A model generated the notes under the pieces. That model did not search any database. It was not told the origin of the DNA and was given only the letters and a program-made list of their open reading frames with translations. Below, piece by piece: positions 1 through 9,035 of a DNA stretch of 64,000 nucleotides. The translations under genes were made by a program, and so were the position numbers. How positions within the stretch are numbered: the stretch's first letter is position 1; each line of letters starts with the position of its first letter. This DNA comes from Verrucomicrobiota bacterium (GTDB lineage Bacteria; Verrucomicrobiota; Verrucomicrobiia; Limisphaerales; CAIMTB01), in contig CAUJJW010000337.1 of assembly GCA_963205105.1 (NCBI GenBank), forward strand, positions 5,909-69,908, written 5' to 3'.

Positions 1-130
1 CGCGGTGACGTCGTGGGAGAGCCGGTAAGGGCGGGGTGGAAGGGGCCGCGGATCGCACGGTGGGAAGCATGGAGGCATAACCTGCCGGGGAGCACAAGGG
101 GCGCGTGCCGCGAACGACGCGAGATGCAGG

Positions 131-232
131 AGAGCCTCCTGTTCCCAAATAACCCGTTCACGCGCCAGGAACCTCGGGGGATTCCGGGGTCGGGACGCCC
201 CCTTCAGGTCAGGCGGGACGCGCGCCGCCATG
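131..232. repeat. Degenerate copy of the REP-like composite (spacer module plus double-hairpin module)
   Basis: Aligns by eye with 42911-43016 and 33731-33812. It has the 'cctgttc...' spacer module followed by 'gattccgggg..gggacgccc...caggcgggacgc'. It overlaps the first ATG (230) of the cupin ORF. Confidence 0.5.
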
Positions 233-277
233 GATTCGCCATTCCCCAGGGGGCGGGCGGCGTGGCAGGGTGCGGTC

Positions 278-634
278 ATGCCCCGATTCGCGATCGCTCA
301 ATTGGATGCCTTGCCGGCTGTCGGCTGTCCGTGTGGGCAGGCCCGGCGGGCTTTTGGTGAATTGCCTGGAGGCCAGGCTTCGGTGCATCTGGTGGACATC
401 CGGGTGGATGCGACGACGCACCATCATCAGCGCACGACCGAGATCTATGTGGTTTTGGAAGGCGAGGGGGAACTGGAGTTGGACGGGGTGCGGGTGCCGG
501 TGAAGCCGCTGACTGCGGTTTACATCCAGCCGGGCTGCCGCCATCGGGCGGTGGGACGGATGCGGTTGTTGAACATTCCGATCCCTCCCTTCGACCCGGC
601 GGATGAGATTTTGGAACCGGAGGAATCACGATGA
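278..634 (+). CDS. Small cupin-fold protein
   Basis: ORF 230..634. Cupin-like motifs 'HHHQRTTEIYVVLEGEGEL' and 'V.PG..H'. The start was moved to ATG 278 because 131-232 is repeat sequence. ATGA overlap with the next gene. Confidence 0.6.
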   Translation: MPRFAIAQLDALPAVGCPCGQARRAFGELPGGQASVHLVDIRVDATTHHHQRTTEIYVVLEGEGELELDGVRVPVKPLTAVYIQPGCRHRAVGRMRLLNIPIPPFDPADEILEPEESR

Positions 635-2133
635 AGGAACACACCATGGAGTCGGAATCCGTCCACGACCTGCGTCCTGCGCCAGCTGGAAGGCCTGCTT
701 CCGCGGGGGAGGTTCCACAGCGGGGATTGAGGGCTTTGCAGACCCGGCGTTCGTTTCTCGGAACGGGAGCGGGCGTTGCCGCGGCGGCGGCGTGGGGCGC
801 GATGGGGGTGCGGCCGCGGGTGCTGGCCCAGGTGCCGGGTGAACGCCCGCCGGCCGAGGCGTCGGTGACGGTGTTGAACCCGCGGGGGCGGGTTCCGCTG
901 AGCTTCATCATCGACGATTCGACCTGCCTGGTGAACGTGAACAAATTCGCCATGCCACAATTCGATGCGGCATTTGGCGGGGCGAATCGGACCTATCACC
1001 GCAACTGGAAGGACTGGCCGGATGAGATCCCTGATGCGTTTGTGCGGAAGTTCGGGGAGTGGTGTGCGGGGCAGGGGGTGAAGGGCAAGTACAGCATCGT
1101 GCCGTATCCGGCGTGCGTGGGGCGGCTGGACCGGGAGCTGCCGGGGTGGTCGGCGAAGGAATTGGCCGCGAGCCTGGACCTGGTGCGGACCGTGATGATG
1201 CCGCACTGGGACATTCATCCGGAGATGGTGACCCACACCCGCGTGATCGATACCAAGACCGGGCACCCCTATCCGGAACGGAGTCTCAAGTTCATGGAGA
1301 ACTGGGATTGGACGACCGGGCGCTCCGCGGACGAGATCGGCAATTACCTGGCTTATGCGCTGCGCATTCTCCGGGAGGTCGGGCTGCCATGCGAAGGGGT
1401 GACGACGCCGGGTGGGTTTGGCAGCCGGGCCTTGCCGCAACTGGCGCAGGCGTCGATGCAGTCGTTGCGGGACGTTTTCCAGACCGAGGTGCCGCACTAC
1501 TTCCGGCATCTTTACGATCGGGGTGCCGAGAGCGTCGCGCCGCGGGTGGAGTACGTGAGCGGCCTGGGTGGGGACGATCCACGATGTGTGGTGAGCGTGG
1601 TGGCGTGCACTGGCGACTGGACTGGAGGTTGGGACAACACGGAGCCGGAGGGCGTGGACAAATTCATCACGGCCGATGGCCGGTCGGGGCGGCTGGTGGA
1701 AGTGATTGAACGGGGTGAACCTGCGTGCCTTCTGGCGCATTGGACGGGCATCTGGTTCAACGGCGAGGAGCGCGGGTTTCATATCTTCCAGGAAGTGGTT
1801 CGCCGCTTGAACGAACACTACGAGCACCTGGTTTGGATGAAGCTTTCCGAGATCGCGCGCTATTGGGCGGCCAGGGAGCTGACCCGGGTTCAGCGGGCGG
1901 GCGGGACGATTCGCTTCCAGGCGCCGTTTGCAGCGCCTGACTTCACGGTGTCCACGGCGACGACGGCGGGTGGCGAGCCGAAGCTCGTGGCAGCGGGGCA
2001 GGCGGTGACGCTGAGAGAAGTCCGACGCCGGCAGGATTTGCGGTCGGGGAATTGGTTCCGGGAAGGAGAGCGTGTCCAGGTGTGCTTCGACTTGCCGAAG
2101 GGCGAGTCGAAGCTGGTGGTCGGCGGAGCGTGA
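631..2133 (+). CDS. Tat-signal secreted hypothetical protein
   Basis: 500-aa ORF with the twin-arginine motif 'TRRSFLGTGAGVAAAAAWG' and balanced amino-acid composition. The antisense 553-aa ORF is Arg/Pro-rich junk. I do not recognise a catalytic family. Confidence 0.6.
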   Translation: MKEHTMESESVHDLRPAPAGRPASAGEVPQRGLRALQTRRSFLGTGAGVAAAAAWGAMGVRPRVLAQVPGERPPAEASVTVLNPRGRVPLSFIIDDSTCLVNVNKFAMPQFDAAFGGANRTYHRNWKDWPDEIPDAFVRKFGEWCAGQGVKGKYSIVPYPACVGRLDRELPGWSAKELAASLDLVRTVMMPHWDIHPEMVTHTRVIDTKTGHPYPERSLKFMENWDWTTGRSADEIGNYLAYALRILREVGLPCEGVTTPGGFGSRALPQLAQASMQSLRDVFQTEVPHYFRHLYDRGAESVAPRVEYVSGLGGDDPRCVVSVVACTGDWTGGWDNTEPEGVDKFITADGRSGRLVEVIERGEPACLLAHWTGIWFNGEERGFHIFQEVVRRLNEHYEHLVWMKLSEIARYWAARELTRVQRAGGTIRFQAPFAAPDFTVSTATTAGGEPKLVAAGQAVTLREVRRRQDLRSGNWFREGERVQVCFDLPKGESKLVVGGA

Positions 2134-2149
2134 ATCCCGCAGGAAGGGG

Positions 2150-3058
2150 TCAGTAGGTGCCGCTGATGCCCAACTGCACATACGGCGCGCCGTCGCTGGT
2201 CAGCTCGAAATCGCGGTCGTCGAAGTTGTACTGGCGTTCGCCCATCCAGCCGCCGTCGAGGCTGACCGTGAAGGCGCGGCATGGAGTCCATCGGACGCCG
2301 ACGCCGACGCGCCATTCGTTGTAGCTCATGTCCTGGTCATTGAGTTCGGGGCGTCCGAAGCGGTCGCCGAAATCTTCAGCCACCCGGTAGGCGGTGCGGA
2401 CGAGTTCGGCTCCGACAAATGCCGTGATGGTGTCGGTGGCGGTGTATTCGATGCGCGGCGACGGAAACACTGCGAGAAGAGTCCAGTCATCGGCGAAATT
2501 CCAACGCGCGCCGATGGCTGGAATGACGGGCAAGTCGCGGCGGATGTCGACGCTGGCGCCGCCGATCAATTGAAGCCGTTCGTTGAGCTGCCAGAAGGCG
2601 AGGATAAGACCGGGCACCTTGAAGTCATCGCCGTCGAAGTCCTTGAAATCCGAGTATAGACCGGGGCTGAGCATGACCTGGAGGGTCCAGTTGTCGGCGA
2701 ACCTCCAGACGGTGCCGACGCGGAGTGAGGTTTCGTAGAGGGCGTCGGGGATGGGGGCGTTGCCGGGGCGATCGAACCAGGTGCCTTGGAGGTCGATGCC
2801 GGCGATCCAGGAGACGGTTTTTGAACCGGGGATGATGGCCTGATACGAAACCTGGGCGGCCGAGGTGGAGACATCGCCGAACTCGGTGGAATCGAGTTGG
2901 AGCGCCGAAGGCAGGGCGTAGGCGAACTCGGAGTAATAACGGGCGGAGTAGGCGGTATCGGCGGCGGCACCCATGCGGGGCCCGGTCTGGGCTAGCACGT
3001 TGGGGGCGGCGAGGGTGGAAATGGCGAGGGCGAAGGTCAGGGCGTTTGGGGCGCGCAT
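2150..3058 (-). CDS. Outer-membrane beta-barrel protein
   Basis: Signal peptide 'MRAPNALTFALAISTLAAPNVLAQ' (start at ATG 3058), alternating amphipathic strands, aromatic C-terminus '...GISGTY'. Confidence 0.6.
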   Translation of the reverse strand: MRAPNALTFALAISTLAAPNVLAQTGPRMGAAADTAYSARYYSEFAYALPSALQLDSTEFGDVSTSAAQVSYQAIIPGSKTVSWIAGIDLQGTWFDRPGNAPIPDALYETSLRVGTVWRFADNWTLQVMLSPGLYSDFKDFDGDDFKVPGLILAFWQLNERLQLIGGASVDIRRDLPVIPAIGARWNFADDWTLLAVFPSPRIEYTATDTITAFVGAELVRTAYRVAEDFGDRFGRPELNDQDMSYNEWRVGVGVRWTPCRAFTVSLDGGWMGERQYNFDDRDFELTSDGAPYVQLGISGTY

Positions 3059-3181
3059 GGAGCGGCCGGTTGTAGCGCAGACGGTGCGAAGCGCAAGGAG
3101 ATCGGGGTTGTTGGGTCGCCGCTTGCAGAATTGGGACAGGGGCAACACTTTCCGCGGGTGAATTTCCTGAGCTCAACTTGG

Positions 3182-5116
3182 ATGCGGCGGCGGATGGCGT
3201 GGGGCGCGGTTGGCATCGGCATCGGAAGTTTGACCCTGGGTTTGCTGAATGGAGCTGGAGCGTCGGAAGTGGGGATGGTGCGGGACGGAGGCACGGTGCA
3301 GTTGATGCTTAAGGGCGAGGACGGCAAGGAATACTCGGTCGAGGCGGTGGAACATCTGCTGAACGAGGGGTTGGGATGGACATCGATCGCCACGGTGGCG
3401 CCGACCAACCAGCCGGTAATGTTTTATGATCCCACCTGCACCACCCGGCCGCAGAACTTTTATCGGCTTCGGCTCCTGAGCGGTGCGGTGCCGGTGGAAG
3501 TGCCGAATTTTCGGCTGCTGGATGGGGAAGGACAGGCGCAGGAACTGTTCTACCAGACCGATGCCAAGGCGGTGGTGCTGGTGTTTGCCGGCGAGGACCT
3601 CAGCTCCCTGGGTGCGACCGTTGCGGATGTGAACCGGTGGGTTGGGGATCCGGAGTTGCGGGTATGGGTGGTGGTTCGGGCGGGAGTGGGTGATCGGAAG
3701 CGGCTGAAAGAGCAAGCGGAGGCGCTGGGGCTCAAGGCCAGGGTCTTGGAGGACGAGGGTGGATCAGTGACACGTTCCATGGGTGTTCGAGCCGTCCCGG
3801 AAGCGTGGGTTCTGAATCCGGCCCGCTGGTCGGTGGTGTATCGGGGGCGGATTGCCGATGCCGTGCCATCGGGTCCTGTTGGAGCGCGGCAGGCGCTGGT
3901 GCAGGCGGCCTTGGACCATTTTCGGGCGGGCGAGCGGGTGGTAGTCCGTCACACCGTGGCCGACGGGACGTCCCAGACTTGGGCGGAGCCGGGTGAGAGG
4001 ACGTACGCGAAGGACATTGCTCCGCTGTTGCAACGATCCTGTGTGCCCTGCCACAGCCCGGGGAACATTGCGCCGTGGGCGATGACCAACCACGCGTTGA
4101 TCCGGGACTACGCGCCTCTGATGAAGGATGAGATCCTGACCCGACGCATGCCGCCGTGGCACGCGGATCGGCAGCCGCAATCGTACCACAACGACGGGAT
4201 GCTGCGCGGTGAAGATCTGGCGATGCTGGTGGACTGGATTGACCGGGGTGCGCCGCGGGGGGATGGGGCGGATTTGTTGGCGGAACAAGTGCCGCCGCCG
4301 CCGGAGAAATGGCCCCTGGGAACACCGGACCAGATTGTGAAAGTGGAGTCGCAGACCATTCCGGCATCAGGAACCGTGGATTACCGCTATCTGGTGGTGG
4401 GCAATCCGTTTGGTCGAGATGTCTGGCTGCGAGCGGCGGTGGTGAGCCCCGGCAATGCGCGCGTGGTGCACCACGTTTTGGTCTTCAACGCGACGAGCTT
4501 TACCGACGTGCTCCAGATCAAGGCTGGGTTGGGCGGATACTTTGCGGCGTACGTGCCGGGGATGGCGCAGGGTGAGTATCCGGCGGGGACGGGGAAGCTG
4601 CTGAAAAAGAACGCGTTCATGGTCTTCCAAATGCATTACACCGTGAGCGGGCAGCCCGAGACGGACCAGACGGAGGTCGGGCTCTACTTGGCGGACGGCA
4701 TTCCGGGTAAGGAACTTCGGACCGCAGCGGCCTACACGACGACGTTCACCATTCCGCCCGGGAATCCCGAGTACGCGAGCGCGGCGGAATTTCAGATGCC
4801 GCGGGACGGTCTAGTCTACGAGTTCAGCCCGCACATGCATTATCGGGGGCGTTCGTTTCGATTTGAAGCGGTGTATCCGGACAGCCGGCGCGAGGTTCTG
4901 CTGAACGTCCCGTTTTACCGGTTCGACTGGCAGACCCTGTACCGACTGGCGGAACCAAAGCGACTGCCGGCGGGAACGAAGATCATCACGACAGGCACCT
5001 GGGACAATTCCCCGAGAAATCCCTACAACCCGGACCCTTCGGCGTCGGTGCGCTTTGGGGAACAGAGCTGGGAGGAAATGTTCATCGGGTACTTCAATTG
5101 GTCAGATGCTTTGTGA
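3182..5116 (+). CDS. Secreted redox protein: thioredoxin/AhpC-like N-domain, CxxCH haem-c site, copper-monooxygenase (PHM/DBH)-like C-terminal half
   Basis: Signal-like N-terminus from ATG 3182. 'CVPCH' haem-binding motif. His/Met ligand pattern 'HHVLVF', 'QMHY', 'HMHYRG', 'WEEMF' spaced as in type-II ascorbate-dependent copper monooxygenases. Confidence 0.55.
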   Translation: MRRRMAWGAVGIGIGSLTLGLLNGAGASEVGMVRDGGTVQLMLKGEDGKEYSVEAVEHLLNEGLGWTSIATVAPTNQPVMFYDPTCTTRPQNFYRLRLLSGAVPVEVPNFRLLDGEGQAQELFYQTDAKAVVLVFAGEDLSSLGATVADVNRWVGDPELRVWVVVRAGVGDRKRLKEQAEALGLKARVLEDEGGSVTRSMGVRAVPEAWVLNPARWSVVYRGRIADAVPSGPVGARQALVQAALDHFRAGERVVVRHTVADGTSQTWAEPGERTYAKDIAPLLQRSCVPCHSPGNIAPWAMTNHALIRDYAPLMKDEILTRRMPPWHADRQPQSYHNDGMLRGEDLAMLVDWIDRGAPRGDGADLLAEQVPPPPEKWPLGTPDQIVKVESQTIPASGTVDYRYLVVGNPFGRDVWLRAAVVSPGNARVVHHVLVFNATSFTDVLQIKAGLGGYFAAYVPGMAQGEYPAGTGKLLKKNAFMVFQMHYTVSGQPETDQTEVGLYLADGIPGKELRTAAAYTTTFTIPPGNPEYASAAEFQMPRDGLVYEFSPHMHYRGRSFRFEAVYPDSRREVLLNVPFYRFDWQTLYRLAEPKRLPAGTKIITTGTWDNSPRNPYNPDPSASVRFGEQSWEEMFIGYFNWSDAL

Positions 5117-5221
5117 AGCCGGCGTAGCCTTGTTGTCCGCCTGCCTGCAGGTTCCATTGCTGTCCACACGTTGCGGGCAAGGTACTCCTTGCCTGGGATG
5201 GTTTGCGCCTCCCCATGACAA

Positions 5222-6250
5222 CTAACCGAACACGTTCACCCGAAGCGCCCTCGCGGTGAACAACCCTCCGTCCTGCATGCCGCGCAACGGGCGTGCCCCG
5301 GTCTTTCTCTTGACTCCGAACCGCTCCCGGCTCGATCGAAGGACTGCCTCCACAAAAACCCGGCTCCCAAACACCGCTCCATCACAAAAGTACCTAACCC
5401 GGCACCTTAAATACTCCGCTGTCGGCAGTCGTCCCTTGTCCGCCAAGACCTTCAGTACCGCTTCTCGCGTGATGCTGCCGCGTTCCTTGCTCCCATCTTC
5501 CGCGATCGGTTCCCGCTCCTCGCTGCCTTCCACGAACAGTTGCTGGCGATAGATCTCAAGCGCTTCCAACTCGCAGCCCTCCTCCTGGCGCGTCAAGGCT
5601 CGGACGATGCGCTGCAAACCTGCCCGTGCGTCAGGCTTCCCGGCGACTGCTTCCGCATAACCGCACCATCGATACTGGAGAGGATCTTTCACCAAACCCG
5701 CACGAACTGAATTCAGGTCGATGTAGGCCGCCATGGTGACCAGCGCTCGTCCCTCGCCTTCGACGATCACGCTTTTGAATCGCTCCTCCCAAAGCGTGCC
5801 GCGACGACCGTGGCATCGGTTGTAGAGGGCACTGAATCGCTGTTTCAAGACCTGCATGAAGGCGGAGAGATTCCATCGACGGGCGTGGTAGCAGGCGAGC
5901 CAACTCGCTTCTGCTTCGGCATCTCCCCGGGCCCGGATGGCTTGGAGTTCCTGTCGGGCTGCGCCCACATCCTGACAACCGGTCAGGCGCCCGAGGGCTT
6001 CGAGGGTCTCCTCGGCTGAAGGAAGGGGGTCGGGAGGTCGAGGAACATCGACGAGGATGTGAAAGTGGTTGGACATCAGACAGAAGGTAAGAATGCGGAC
6101 CTGGCAAAACTCGGCCAGTTCATGCAGGAGGGAGCGGAATTGTTCATTTTCCAGGTCGCCGAAAATGTACTGACCGTCGACAACTCGCGACATGCAGTGA
6201 GAGACGGCGGTGAATTGATCAGTAGGTGCCAGCCATCGGCGCTTCCTCAT
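5222..6250 (-). CDS. IS200-like HUH/Y1 transposase (RAYT-type, COG1943-like)
   Basis: HUH motif in 'LMSNHFHILV'. C-terminal block 'AAYIDLNSVRAGLV..PLQYRWCGY' is typical of this family. No TnpB partner. Visibly less GC-rich than its neighbours. Confidence 0.8.
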   Translation of the reverse strand: MRKRRWLAPTDQFTAVSHCMSRVVDGQYIFGDLENEQFRSLLHELAEFCQVRILTFCLMSNHFHILVDVPRPPDPLPSAEETLEALGRLTGCQDVGAARQELQAIRARGDAEAEASWLACYHARRWNLSAFMQVLKQRFSALYNRCHGRRGTLWEERFKSVIVEGEGRALVTMAAYIDLNSVRAGLVKDPLQYRWCGYAEAVAGKPDARAGLQRIVRALTRQEEGCELEALEIYRQQLFVEGSEEREPIAEDGSKERGSITREAVLKVLADKGRLPTAEYLRCRVRYFCDGAVFGSRVFVEAVLRSSRERFGVKRKTGARPLRGMQDGGLFTARALRVNVFG

Positions 6251-6297
6251 GGGCGGAAAACGCAGACAAGCGGTAAAAACTTACAAAGATTCCACCA

Positions 6298-6472
6298 CAA
6301 ATCGTCTGTCACTTGGTCAGCACGTGGTGCGGCACATTGCCTGTCCCCCTGTTCGTGAGGTTTACGTCAATTCGTCTGTCACCCTGTAAACGCCTTTTAC
6401 GCCAAATCGTCTGTCACTCTGCATAAGCCTTTCGGAGAAGAGCTCCCTATAGATTGCCTGTCCCTTTGTTTG
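6298..6472. repeat. Short direct-repeat array upstream of the transposase gene
   Basis: CAA(A/T)TCGTCTGTCAC occurs at 6298-6312, 6368-6382 and 6403-6417. ATTGCCTGTCCC-NN-TGTT occurs at 6336-6355 and 6453-6472. A related ATTGCTGTCC lies at 5156-5165 on the other side of the gene. Confidence 0.7.
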
Positions 6473-6485
6473 CTGGCGCTCGCCG

Positions 6486-8861
6486 TTACCGCAGCGGTTC
6501 CACGAGGTAAAAGGAAGCGTTTGGGGTCGCATCAGCGGTTTCGTCGATGAACCGGATCGATGTGCCCGTGGCGATGATTTCATGCAGCACCGTCGTCGTA
6601 GGATCGCTGAGCGAATGCCGTCGCAGGACCCGGTATTTCACGCCCGGCACCGAAGGGAACTGAAGTTCGGGTAGAGCCCGTATCCCCACACGGAAACCAG
6701 ATGTGGCATCGAGAGGATCCGAGCCCGCGAGGAACTCCTGTCGGTTGTCCGAACCATCCCCATCCGGATCGGCGGTTTGATGAGCCCTTGGATCATAACG
6801 GAATTCGGATCCAAAGAATTGTTCTCGCCAAGTGTTCGGAATGCCGTCGGCGCCGAACACAAAGACGCGGCGGAAGGTGGCGGAAACGACCTCGCTGACG
6901 GGGAACTCGTTGAAGAAGGCAACCACCCTGACCGTGGTGGATTCCGTGACCGGGATAGGTGCCGTATACGCCGTGTCGGCGGAGGTAGGATCGGTTGCGT
7001 CAAGGGTGTACCGTAGCGTGGTCCCAGCCAGACGGCTGACCAAGTTCACATCGACGCGGTTGGTGAAGTCACCGCCGCCGGGAAATATCCCGACACCAGG
7101 GTCAGCCTGGAACACAGCAGTGAAGGTTTCGCTGGCGGGGAAGCCGTTGATGAAAAGCCTCACTTTGACGGTGGTGGTCCGAACGAGTGTGAACGGGTCG
7201 GAGTAGAGGGGGCTTGCGAGTGTCGGTTCAGAGGCGTCGGTGGTGTAACGGATCGCGGCGCCCGGCGACTGGGACCGAAGGGTAACCACGACCTGGTTGG
7301 TGAAGGTGCCGCCATTGGGGAGGATGGAGAGGAGGGGGGATGTGGTGCTTTCAGTCACCGTGAGGCGTTGGCTGGGCGCGATATTGGTCAGTTGCTGGGT
7401 GAGGCCGGAAGGCCACTCCACCGTGATGCGCTCAACAATGGCCGCATCGCCGAGTCCAAAGTGGGCGATCAGTTCGGGGCTTCCCCAACCATCGCCCGAG
7501 GTGATCTCGCGCATTTGCCAAACGGGAACTCCCCGGACTCGGGTCAGCAGGCGCACCTTGGTTCCGATGCCGCTGGAGTTTGAGGGATTGCCCTGGCATT
7601 GCACCTTGAGCCAGGTATTGGCATTCCCGCGATTGCGAAAGAGCTCATTGGATTGCCCATCCCAGTTGGCAACGACCAGATCCAGGAAGCCATCGTTGTT
7701 GTAGTCACCCCAGGCACATCCATTGGAGGCACGGATCGATTCGACGGTCGGATCGTTGACGATACGGACAAAGGATCCGTTCCCCAGATTTCGGTACAGG
7801 AAGTTGCGGGTGCCACGGTTGGCGATGTAGAGGTCGAGCCAACCGTCGTTGTCGTAGTCTCCCCACATGGCGCCAACGATGGGGGACTGATCCTGGACCA
7901 GCGCCGACGACGAAATCCGGGAGAAGCCTTCGATTCCCTCATTGCGATAGAGCGAGGATGTGTAGGGCGCCCCGTGTCCAACAAAGAGATCGAGGTCGCC
8001 GTCATTGTCGTAATCACCCCAGGCGACCGTGCTGGAGGAGGCGGTCTGTGAATCGAAGGGCGGTCGCGTGTTGCGCTCAAATCGTCCGCCGCCCTGGTTG
8101 TGGAAGAGGATGCCGACCTCATTCCATCCATTCCCGACGTACAAATCCGGTAACCGATCGTTGTCGTAGTCGCCCCAGCCTGCACCGAGCGAGTAACCGG
8201 CGGCGGTGACCACCGGACTGTCCTGGACGGCGATAAACCTTCCGTCGGGGAGATTCCGCCAGAGTTGTTCCGGTGCCTGGTTTCCACCCCCGCCGTAACT
8301 GACGAGCAGGTCCAGGCGGCCATCGTTGTCGAAGTCGGCCCAACCGCCCGCATAGGCCCCAAGTGTGCCGTTCGCAGCCACCAGATCGATTGATGGGGCG
8401 AAGGCGCCGTTGCCAAGGTTTCGGTAGATGCGGGTGCCGAAGTTGAAATCGTTGACGAACAGATCGAGAAGCCCGTCGTTGTTGTAATCACCCCAGCCGG
8501 CGCCGATGTGTTCGCCGGGGGCCTGAACGGGTGGGGAGTTTCGAATTCGAGTGAATCCACTGGAGCCATCATTTCGATAGAGGGCATTCGTATGGCCGCG
8601 GAGGTGGGTGACGAACAGGTCAATGTCCCCGTCATGGTCGTAGTCGCCCCAGGCTGTGGCGATGGCCTGGCCGGTGTCTTCGACGAGGGGACCGGTGGTG
8701 ATTCGCTCGAACAAACTGGTCGATGCACCTGAGGTTGTGGCGAGCGTGGTGAACGGCGGCTTACTCCTTTCGCCGGGTTGTTCCCCCAAGGAAACCAGCG
8801 TCCCAATGTTAAGAAGCAGGGTCAGGGTGCATGGACGGAGGATGGCGAGGATGGTGCTCAT
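6486..8861 (-). CDS. FG-GAP/VCBS-repeat (CRTAC1/ASPIC-UnbV-like) surface protein with 2x chitobiase-C-like domains and a TSP3-type C-terminal tail
   Basis: Many 'WGDYDNDG.LDL' repeats, 'IRYTTDASEPT' and 'LRYTLDATDPT' domains, and 'DPDGDGSDNRQEFLAGSDP'. Start set at ATG 8861 (signal-like 'MSTILAILRPCTLTLLL'). Confidence 0.8.
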   Translation of the reverse strand: MSTILAILRPCTLTLLLNIGTLVSLGEQPGERSKPPFTTLATTSGASTSLFERITTGPLVEDTGQAIATAWGDYDHDGDIDLFVTHLRGHTNALYRNDGSSGFTRIRNSPPVQAPGEHIGAGWGDYNNDGLLDLFVNDFNFGTRIYRNLGNGAFAPSIDLVAANGTLGAYAGGWADFDNDGRLDLLVSYGGGGNQAPEQLWRNLPDGRFIAVQDSPVVTAAGYSLGAGWGDYDNDRLPDLYVGNGWNEVGILFHNQGGGRFERNTRPPFDSQTASSSTVAWGDYDNDGDLDLFVGHGAPYTSSLYRNEGIEGFSRISSSALVQDQSPIVGAMWGDYDNDGWLDLYIANRGTRNFLYRNLGNGSFVRIVNDPTVESIRASNGCAWGDYNNDGFLDLVVANWDGQSNELFRNRGNANTWLKVQCQGNPSNSSGIGTKVRLLTRVRGVPVWQMREITSGDGWGSPELIAHFGLGDAAIVERITVEWPSGLTQQLTNIAPSQRLTVTESTTSPLLSILPNGGTFTNQVVVTLRSQSPGAAIRYTTDASEPTLASPLYSDPFTLVRTTTVKVRLFINGFPASETFTAVFQADPGVGIFPGGGDFTNRVDVNLVSRLAGTTLRYTLDATDPTSADTAYTAPIPVTESTTVRVVAFFNEFPVSEVVSATFRRVFVFGADGIPNTWREQFFGSEFRYDPRAHQTADPDGDGSDNRQEFLAGSDPLDATSGFRVGIRALPELQFPSVPGVKYRVLRRHSLSDPTTTVLHEIIATGTSIRFIDETADATPNASFYLVEPLR

Positions 8862-9035
8862 AGGAAGGAGCGCGGTTAGTAACGCATCCCTTGGTCGATT
8901 GGGCAAAGGGTCTTCCGTGAGGCTTCGGCCACATCGACCGCGAATTCTGTCCGGAACCGGACGCAAGCAATTGCCTTGCCCGCAGGAGGGTATCGGGGAC
9001 ACAACACGGCGCGCCCGCAAGGACGCCCAATCACG

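Noticed and set aside
520-2181. 553-aa minus-strand ORF, plus the many other long antisense or out-of-frame ORFs (e.g. 12291..13406, 13306..14730, 17931..18986, 31158..32579, 35680..36843, 36844..37860, 54597..56120, 59362..60375, 41072..42523)
   Set aside because: These are Arg/Pro/Gly/Ala-rich translations with no recognisable motifs. Each fully overlaps a gene with strong family signatures on the other strand or frame, as expected from high GC.
5177-5192. GCAAGG-tact-CCTTGC hairpin between convergent genes, as a possible bidirectional terminator
   Set aside because: The stem is short and there is no flanking T- or A-run, so the support for a terminator is insufficient. It is mentioned only in the context of the transposase flanks.
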